A stretch of DNA of 64,000 nucleotides. Source: an uncultured Desulfovibrio sp. GTDB taxonomy: Bacteria > Desulfobacterota > Desulfovibrionia > Desulfovibrionales > Desulfovibrionaceae. Shown here piece after piece: positions 57,918-64,000 of the stretch (positions are counted from its first letter, which is position 1; every line of letters starts with the position of its first letter). Made by a program: the position numbers and the translations under genes. The notes under the pieces were generated by a model. It did no database searches and was not told the origin of the DNA. It saw nothing but the letters and a program-made list of their open reading frames with translations. The stretch lies in the NCBI GenBank assembly GCA_949291675.1, contig CASEWR010000009.1, positions 35,310 through 99,309 on the forward strand, given 5' to 3'.

Positions 57918-58469
57918 TCTCTCCCCTTCTTTCTGTTTTCTTCCACCCTGCGTGTGGCTTTCTTTCCTGTGCGTTGCAGGCATGTGCCTGGTGCCCCTGT
58001 GTCGTGCCTTCGTCGTGCACCTGTCGCGCGCCTGGGCACAAAAAAGAAGGCAAGGTGCCGAAATTCCCGCAGAGTTTCTGGTTCTGCGTCTACGTGCCGC
58101 CGTCGGACCGCCGGCAGACAGCATTTGGAAAATGACACACAGGTAGCATGGCCCGACGTGTCAGAGGAGGTTTGTTGCCGAAAATAGACAAAAATGTAGA
58201 TTATCTTGCTGTGACAAACTGACACTGTGATTTCAGTGAGTTGCAGAAGAAAAACGAAAATATGACCGTCAGTTTCAGGGTGTGCAGCCGGAAGCTGGCG
58301 GCAAAAAGAGACAAAAATGTCTTTTTTTGCACCTGGCGTTCCCCGGCCACACTTGTTCTGCGCACTGTCAAAAGGCCGTTGACTGAACAGCCAGTCAGTC
58401 CTAACAGCCATGAAACTCCACTCCTTTTTGCGGGTGTGAGAGGTGATGGTGTGCAGGGCTGCTCATGTT

Positions 58470-58484
58470 TGGCACAAGTCTTGC
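58470..58484 (+). promoter_or_regulatory. sigma-54 (-24/-12) promoter for the GS-III gene
   Basis: TGGCACAAGTCTTGC is a perfect TGGCAC-N5-TTGC. It lies 131 nt upstream of ATG 58615. Confidence 0.75.
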
Positions 58485-58614
58485 TATACCCCTTTGCGGA
58501 GTGCGGAGCGCACAATCCTGCAAAGGAGCGCTCCTTCCCCCGCGGAGCCCGAGGCTCCTTTGCAGTACAGTTTATGCAGCCCTGTCCACAATCAGGACTG
58601 TTCGGGAGTAGAGC

Positions 58615-60789
58615 ATGACAACGCCACGAGCACAGGCTGTTTTTGCGGCCGTGAGCGAAGCACCCGTCACGGGCAGCCTCGCCAAAAGCACAGACGAAAT
58701 TTTCGGTGAATACGTCTTCACCCTGGATGAAATGCGCAAGCGCCTGCCCAAGGACGTGTTCAAGAACCTCGAGCGCATTATCCACAGCGGCGGCCGTCTT
58801 GATCCTGCCATGGCAGACAGCGTTGCTGCAGCCATGAAGGAGTGGGCCATCTCCAAAGGCGCCACCCACTATACGCACTGGTTCCAGCCCATGACCGGCA
58901 CCACAGCTGAAAAGCATGATGCCTTCATCTCTCCCATGGGCGACGGCAAGGCCATCTGCGACTTCTCCGGCAAGATGCTCATCAGCGGCGAGCCTGATGC
59001 TTCTTCCTTCCCGTCCGGTGGTATCCGCTCCACCTTCGAGGCCCGCGGCTACACAGCCTGGGACCCGTCCGTTCCGGTCTTCATCATCCCCGGACCCTAT
59101 TCTTCCACGCTGCACGTTCCCACCTTCTTTTACTCCTATTCCGGTGAGGCGCTGGATCGCAAGATTCCTCTGATCCGCTCCATTGCAGCCCTCTCCAAAC
59201 AGGCTTTGCGCATCCTGCGCCTCTTCGGCAATGAGAAGGCCACCAGCGTGCAGGCGTCCGTTGGTCCTGAGCAGGAATACTTCCTGGTCGACAAGAACCT
59301 GGCCATCCTGCGTCCCGACCTCATGCTCTGCGGCAGAACCCTGCTCGGTGCTCCCTCTCCCAAGGGACAGGAACTTGAGGACCACTACTTCGGTGCCATT
59401 CCTGCCAGAGTGCAGAGCTTCATGGAAGACGTGGAAAACGAGCTCATCCGCCTCGGCATCCCTGCCAAGACCCGTCACAATGAAGTGGCTCCCGGACAGT
59501 TCGAGATTGCTCCTGTCTACGAGGACGCCAACATGGCCTGTGACCACAACATGCTCACCATGAACATGATGCGGCACATGGCAGCCCGCCACGGCTTTGT
59601 CTGCCTGCTCCATGAAAAGCCCTTTGCAGGCGTGAACGGCTCGGGCAAGCACAATAACTGGTCCATTTGCGACAACGAAGGCAACAATCTGCTCAATCCC
59701 GGCTCCACACCCAGGGATAATGCCCAGTTCCTTGTCTTCCTGGCAGCAGTGCTCAGGGCAGTGCACAAGCATGCCGTGGCCCTGCGCCTCGGCACCATCG
59801 GTGCCGGCAATGACCATCGTCTCGGCGCCAACGAGGCCCCGCCGGCCATTATCTCCGTCTACCTCGGCGAGCAGCTCAACGAGGTCATCGAGAGCATCAT
59901 CACCGGCGAGCCCATGCACAGCCACAAGGCCGGCTCCATGGAAATCGGTGTCTCCTCACTGCCGCCGCTGCCCGTGGACCTGTCCGACCGCAACCGCACC
60001 AGCCCCTTTGCCTTCACAGGCAACAAGTTCGAGTTCCGCGCCGTGGGCTCCTCGCAGTCCATTGCTCCGGTCAACATTGCCCTGAACGCCGCAGTGGCCT
60101 GCGCCCTTGACGACATCGCCACCCAGCTCGAAGCCGCAGTGGCTGCAGGCGCAAGCCTCAACCAGGCCCTGCAGGAATTCCTGCCCCGCGAATTCAAGGA
60201 ACACATGCCGGTCATCTTCAACGGCAACGGCTACTCTGAAGCCTGGACCGAAGAAGCTGCCCGCCGCGGTCTGCCCAACCTCAACAACACTGTGGACGCA
60301 CTTGAGCGCTACTCTGACCCCGAGGTCATGAACGTCTTTTTGCGCCATGGCATCCTGAGCGAGCGGGAAATGCTCTCCCGTCAGGACATTCTCCTTGATG
60401 CCTACGGCAAGGCCATTGTCCTTGAAGGCCATGTGCTGAGCGACCTCATCCTCTCCCGTGTCCTTCCCGTCTGCAAGGAAGCCGTGAAGCTCGATGCAGA
60501 CCTTGCCGCAAGCCTGCGCGCAGCAGGCCTGGATGCAGCAGGCGAGCTGAAGGCCCTTGCCGTCAAGCGTGACCACACCCTGGCTCTGGACAGCCTGGTT
60601 GCCAGGCTTGACGCAGCCATTGCCAGCGTCACGGCAAAGGACGACGTGCTTGTGCGCGCCCGCGCAGCCAGGGACGAAATCCTGCCTGTCATGGCAGAGA
60701 TCAGGACCCATGCCGACGCCATGGAACGTTTGTGCGACGACGCTGCCTGGCCGCTTCCCAAGTATTCTGAACTGCTCTGGATCCACTAG
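58615..60789 (+). CDS. glnN: type III glutamine synthetase
   Basis: The product is 724 aa. It has a GS-III-type N-terminus (IFGEYVFTLDEMRKRLPKDVFK) and a GS catalytic core (NGSGKHNNWS). Confidence 0.9.
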   Translation: MTTPRAQAVFAAVSEAPVTGSLAKSTDEIFGEYVFTLDEMRKRLPKDVFKNLERIIHSGGRLDPAMADSVAAAMKEWAISKGATHYTHWFQPMTGTTAEKHDAFISPMGDGKAICDFSGKMLISGEPDASSFPSGGIRSTFEARGYTAWDPSVPVFIIPGPYSSTLHVPTFFYSYSGEALDRKIPLIRSIAALSKQALRILRLFGNEKATSVQASVGPEQEYFLVDKNLAILRPDLMLCGRTLLGAPSPKGQELEDHYFGAIPARVQSFMEDVENELIRLGIPAKTRHNEVAPGQFEIAPVYEDANMACDHNMLTMNMMRHMAARHGFVCLLHEKPFAGVNGSGKHNNWSICDNEGNNLLNPGSTPRDNAQFLVFLAAVLRAVHKHAVALRLGTIGAGNDHRLGANEAPPAIISVYLGEQLNEVIESIITGEPMHSHKAGSMEIGVSSLPPLPVDLSDRNRTSPFAFTGNKFEFRAVGSSQSIAPVNIALNAAVACALDDIATQLEAAVAAGASLNQALQEFLPREFKEHMPVIFNGNGYSEAWTEEAARRGLPNLNNTVDALERYSDPEVMNVFLRHGILSEREMLSRQDILLDAYGKAIVLEGHVLSDLILSRVLPVCKEAVKLDADLAASLRAAGLDAAGELKALAVKRDHTLALDSLVARLDAAIASVTAKDDVLVRARAARDEILPVMAEIRTHADAMERLCDDAAWPLPKYSELLWIH

Positions 60790-61087
60790 GGCTCAGTCAG
60801 GGCTCAGTCCTGGATGCAGACAGACGCAGACAACTGCAGCTTGCTTTCATATCAGTCTGCCGCCCCGTCCCCTGTCTGTTTTGGGGGAAAGAGGCAGAGA
60901 CGGGACAGCAGATTTGAGAGCAAAATGTCCTGATGGCAGAGGGGCCTCTCCCACAAGGAGGAGCCACACCACCATCGGGTGCAATGAGGGCTCTTCGAAG
61001 GGTTTCTTTCGGGGGAATGGAGATCTTTTGAAGAGCCCGATTTTCATACCCTGCGCTCAGCAGGCAGTCCTGTCTTCAGGCATCCTT

Positions 61088-61120
61088 CAGGAACCCTCCA
61101 GGAACCCTCCAGGAACCCTC
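61088..61120. repeat. 11-bp perfect tandem repeat CAGGAACCCTC x3
   Basis: The repeats are read directly from the sequence. Confidence 0.85.
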
Positions 61121-61439
61121 TCAGACAAGGACCACTTCCCCCGCACCATTTTGTGCCAACAGTGCCATCCCCCGGCAAGGGCACCTGCACCATCCTCTGC
61201 AACCCTGTCACCTCCTTGAAGGGGACGCACATCGCATCGCTGGCCAGCCGGTTGTTTCTGCTGAAATTGCGAGTACCTGGGGCAGCGCCACACCATGGTG
61301 TTCTTGGCAAGTCCGAGACTTGCATGCTAGAAAATCTGCCCGCAAGACACTTTCATCACTCGCATATTTCCTGACTGCCACAACAGTGTGCGGCCAGTGC
61401 AGGCTCTTCCTGCACTGGCCCTGAAGGAGAACTGACATA

Positions 61440-62309
61440 ATGAAGACCATCAAATTCACCAAGATGCAGGGCTGCGGCAATGACTATGTCTATATCAATG
61501 GCTTTGCCGAACACGTCCAGGATCCCTCCCGCCTTGCCGGCATCGTGTCCGACAGACATTTCGGCATAGGCTCTGACGGCCTGGTGCTCATGCTGCCCTC
61601 CCATGCTGCTGACGTGCGCATGCGCATGTTCAACCCTGACGGCACAGAGGCCCAGATGTGCGGCAACGCCATCCGCTGCGTGGCCCGCTATGTCTACGAG
61701 CACGGCATTGTGCGCGAGAAGGTGATCAAGATTGAGACCGGCGCAGGCATCAAGGTGGCCCGCCTGCTCGTTGACGCAGGGCAGGTCATGGGTGCGACCA
61801 TTGACATGGGCGAGCCCATTCTCGGCATGGCAGACATCCCCCTGAAGGTGGAAGAGGGCCAGGACCCCGCTGCCATGTACGTGAACAAGCCCCTGGAGCT
61901 CCTGGGCCGGACCTGGAATGTGACCTGCGTGTCCATGGGCAACCCCCATTGTGTTGTCTTCCTCGGCGAGGACGATCCTGCGCTTGAGGACATGGATCTG
62001 GCAAAGATCGGACCTGTCTTCGAGCACGACAGCCTCTTCCCCGAGCGTATCAACACCGAATTTGTCCGTGTGCGCTCCGTGTCCGCCGTGGACATGCGCG
62101 TGTGGGAGCGCGGCACAGGCGAGACCATGGCCTGCGGCACAGGTGCCTGCGCCACTGCCGTTGCCTGCTTCCTCAACAAGCTCACGGATCGCACTGTGGA
62201 TGTTCGTCTGCGCGGCGGGACGCTGCGCATCAACTGGAACGAACACGACAATCATATTTACATGACAGGACCTGCAGTGCCGGTCTTTGAAGGCACATTG
62301 TTCCTGTAA
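61440..62309 (+). CDS. dapF: diaminopimelate epimerase
   Basis: It starts [14 protein letters not shown] and has two catalytic Cys contexts ([16 protein letters not shown]). AAGGAG lies upstream. Confidence 0.9.
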   Translation: MKTIKFTKMQGCGNDYVYINGFAEHVQDPSRLAGIVSDRHFGIGSDGLVLMLPSHAADVRMRMFNPDGTEAQMCGNAIRCVARYVYEHGIVREKVIKIETGAGIKVARLLVDAGQVMGATIDMGEPILGMADIPLKVEEGQDPAAMYVNKPLELLGRTWNVTCVSMGNPHCVVFLGEDDPALEDMDLAKIGPVFEHDSLFPERINTEFVRVRSVSAVDMRVWERGTGETMACGTGACATAVACFLNKLTDRTVDVRLRGGTLRINWNEHDNHIYMTGPAVPVFEGTLFL

Positions 62310-62440
62310 TCGTCCAGTACAGCACACGTTTCCTGCACTGTTCCTCCTGTATTCTTCCTTTGTCTGTCCCCCTGCAGCATGGCTGCAAGAAACAACAGAA
62401 GAGACGGGAAGAAGCACCAGGCAGGAAGAAGGATTCCCCC

Positions 62441-63670
62441 ATGCCTGAGATCAATCAGAATTACAATCTCCTGCAAAAGAGCTATCTGTTCACGGATATT
62501 GCCCACAAGGTCGCTGCCTACAAGAAGGCCAATCCTGACCACAGGGTCATCAGCCTCGGCATTGGCGACGTGACCAAACCCCTGGTTCCCGCAGTCATTG
62601 AAGCCCTGCATGCCGCAGTGGACGAGATGGGGACAGCCGAACACTTTCATGGCTACGGCCCGGAACAGGGCTACAGCTTCCTGCGCGAAGCAGTGGTCAG
62701 AGAATACATGGCCAGAGGTGTGAGCATCGCCCCTGATGAGGTTTTCATCGGCGATGGCGCCAAGTCCGACATCGGCAACTTCCAGGAACTCTTGTCCGCT
62801 GATGCCGTCGTGGCCATCACTGACCCTGTCTATCCTGTCTACGTGGACAGCAATGTCATGGCAGGCAGAGCCGGTGCACCTCTGGCTGGTGGCGGCTTTG
62901 AACGACTCGTCTACCTGCCCTGCGTGCGCGAGAACAACTTTGTGCCGGACTTTCCCGCCAAGGCTCCGGACATTGTCTACATCTGCTCGCCCAATAATCC
63001 CACCGGCACAGTCCTGGACAGAGATGCCCTGACTGCCTGGGTCCGCTACGCCCGCAAACACAACTGCCTCATCCTCTTTGATGCAGCCTACGAGGCCTTC
63101 ATCACAGACAAGGACATCCCGCACTCCATCTACGAGATCGAGGGCGCCCAGGACGTGGCAGTGGAGTTCCGCAGCTATTCCAAGCTGGCAGGCTTCACCG
63201 GCCTGCGCTGCTCCGCCACCATGGTGCCGCACTCCTTGAAGGTGGGCGACGGCAGAGGTGGTCGCGTTGAGCTCAACGGCCTGTGGAATCGCCGCCAGTG
63301 CACCAAGTACAATGGCTGCCCCTATATTGTGCAGCGCGCAGCCCAGGCAGTGCACTCCAAGGTGGGCAAAAGCCAGGTCATGAAGCAGGTGGCAGGCTAT
63401 CTTGAGAATGCAAAGGCTCTGCGCGAGGGCATGGCTGCCCTGGGCCTGGAGGTCTACGGCGGCGTCAATGCCCCCTATATCTGGGTGCGCACCCCCAATG
63501 GCATGGACAGCTGGGGTCTCTTTGACCATCTGCTCACCAAAGCCCAGCTTGTGTGCACCCCTGGCGCCGGCTTTGGCAAAAGCGGCGAGGGCTATGTGCG
63601 CCTCACTGCCTTTGGTACCCCGGAAGACACGGCTGAAGCCATTGAGCGCCTGAAGGGCCTGAGCCTCTGA
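62441..63670 (+). CDS. dapL: LL-diaminopimelate aminotransferase
   Basis: It starts [17 protein letters not shown]. It is a class I aminotransferase with the [15 protein letters not shown]-Lys context and is adjacent to dapF. Confidence 0.85.
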   Translation: MPEINQNYNLLQKSYLFTDIAHKVAAYKKANPDHRVISLGIGDVTKPLVPAVIEALHAAVDEMGTAEHFHGYGPEQGYSFLREAVVREYMARGVSIAPDEVFIGDGAKSDIGNFQELLSADAVVAITDPVYPVYVDSNVMAGRAGAPLAGGGFERLVYLPCVRENNFVPDFPAKAPDIVYICSPNNPTGTVLDRDALTAWVRYARKHNCLILFDAAYEAFITDKDIPHSIYEIEGAQDVAVEFRSYSKLAGFTGLRCSATMVPHSLKVGDGRGGRVELNGLWNRRQCTKYNGCPYIVQRAAQAVHSKVGKSQVMKQVAGYLENAKALREGMAALGLEVYGGVNAPYIWVRTPNGMDSWGLFDHLLTKAQLVCTPGAGFGKSGEGYVRLTAFGTPEDTAEAIERLKGLSL

Positions 63671-63764
63671 TTTTTTGTTCCTGACCCTCATGTGGCGGGC
63701 CGCAGGGAACCACCCTGCGGCCATGCCCCAGAGCAGAGGGTCTTCTTTGCAGCAGCACTATCTC

Positions 63765-63791
63765 AAAAGGCTACGCGGGTAGCCTTTTTTT
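63765..63791 (+). terminator. Rho-independent terminator
   Basis: AAAAGGCTAC-GCGG-GTAGCCTTTTTTT. Confidence 0.7.
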
Positions 63792-63805
63792 CCCTGGAGA
63801 GTGGC

Positions 63806-64000
63806 ATGTGCAGAATTGGTTCCATTAAAAGTCTTGAGCCAGTCCCCCCTTCCGTGGCCCTCAGACTTATGATCTCCCAGCAGGAAGGGCATGACAATTC
63901 GGGTTTTGCCATGGTGATGAAGGACCTTGACGGTGCCTTTCGTCACTACAAGCACTTTCCCCTTCTTTCCATGGCCTGTACCGGCAGGGGCGTTCAGCTC
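63806..64000 (+). CDS. class-II (Ntn) glutamine amidotransferase domain protein, 3' end outside window
   Basis: It starts MCRIGS..., where Cys2 is the nucleophile typical of GATase-2 and glutamate-synthase-like proteins. GGAGAG lies upstream. The frame is open to the window end, and the ORF is not in the supplied track because no stop is reached. Confidence 0.55.
   Translation, partial: MCRIGSIKSLEPVPPSVALRLMISQQEGHDNSGFAMVMKDLDGAFRHYKHFPLLSMACTGRGVQL

Overview
This is a visibly GC-rich 64-kb chromosomal segment. Its gene content points to a Desulfovibrionaceae-like sulfate reducer, which is an inference from gene content only, not a database result. The relevant genes are a glycyl-radical enzyme plus activase, rubrerythrin, a small 2x[4Fe-4S] ferredoxin, type III glutamine synthetase, DapF/DapL and four sigma-54 enhancer-binding proteins (EBPs). 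I support about 45 protein genes, mostly on the + strand and mostly housekeeping: ddl, HtrA-like protease, xth, hflK/hflC, hflX, speA, ctp protease, proC, pgi, uvrC, uvrA, argF, GS-III, dapF and dapL. I saw no rRNA, tRNA, CRISPR array or intact mobile element; there is only one decayed IS66-family transposase relic (about 20.9-21.65 kb). Many long antisense ORFs in the track are GC-shadow artefacts. The items most worth a second look are listed here. (1) A tandem array of four ~110-bp units at 34.68-35.07 kb. Each unit folds into a two-tier hairpin, the stems differ by compensatory changes, and the apical loop is nearly invariant (CGGAACCCCTTGCCCG). This is a candidate multi-hairpin RNA or REP-like element. 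(2) An atypical ~975-aa sigma-54 activator (28836-31763, minus strand) with a ~175-aa Ala/Pro-rich linker and a C-terminal winged-helix-like domain instead of a Fis-type HTH. It faces a good -24/-12 promoter that drives an uncharacterised cassette: small membrane protein, TauE/SafE-like permease, lipoprotein, small membrane protein. (3) A direct-repeat motif, ATCGCGCAA, abuts that promoter and recurs four times in front of a second sigma-54 regulator gene. (4) Several intergenic regions carry helically phased 10-13-bp tandem repeats, and a 43-bp x5.5 tandem array lies upstream of a perfect sigma-54 promoter for GS-III. (5) hflX has a conserved-looking N-terminal extension with no ATG/GTG/TTG available. 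All coordinates of starts are my own reading of Shine-Dalgarno spacing and are less certain than the product calls.
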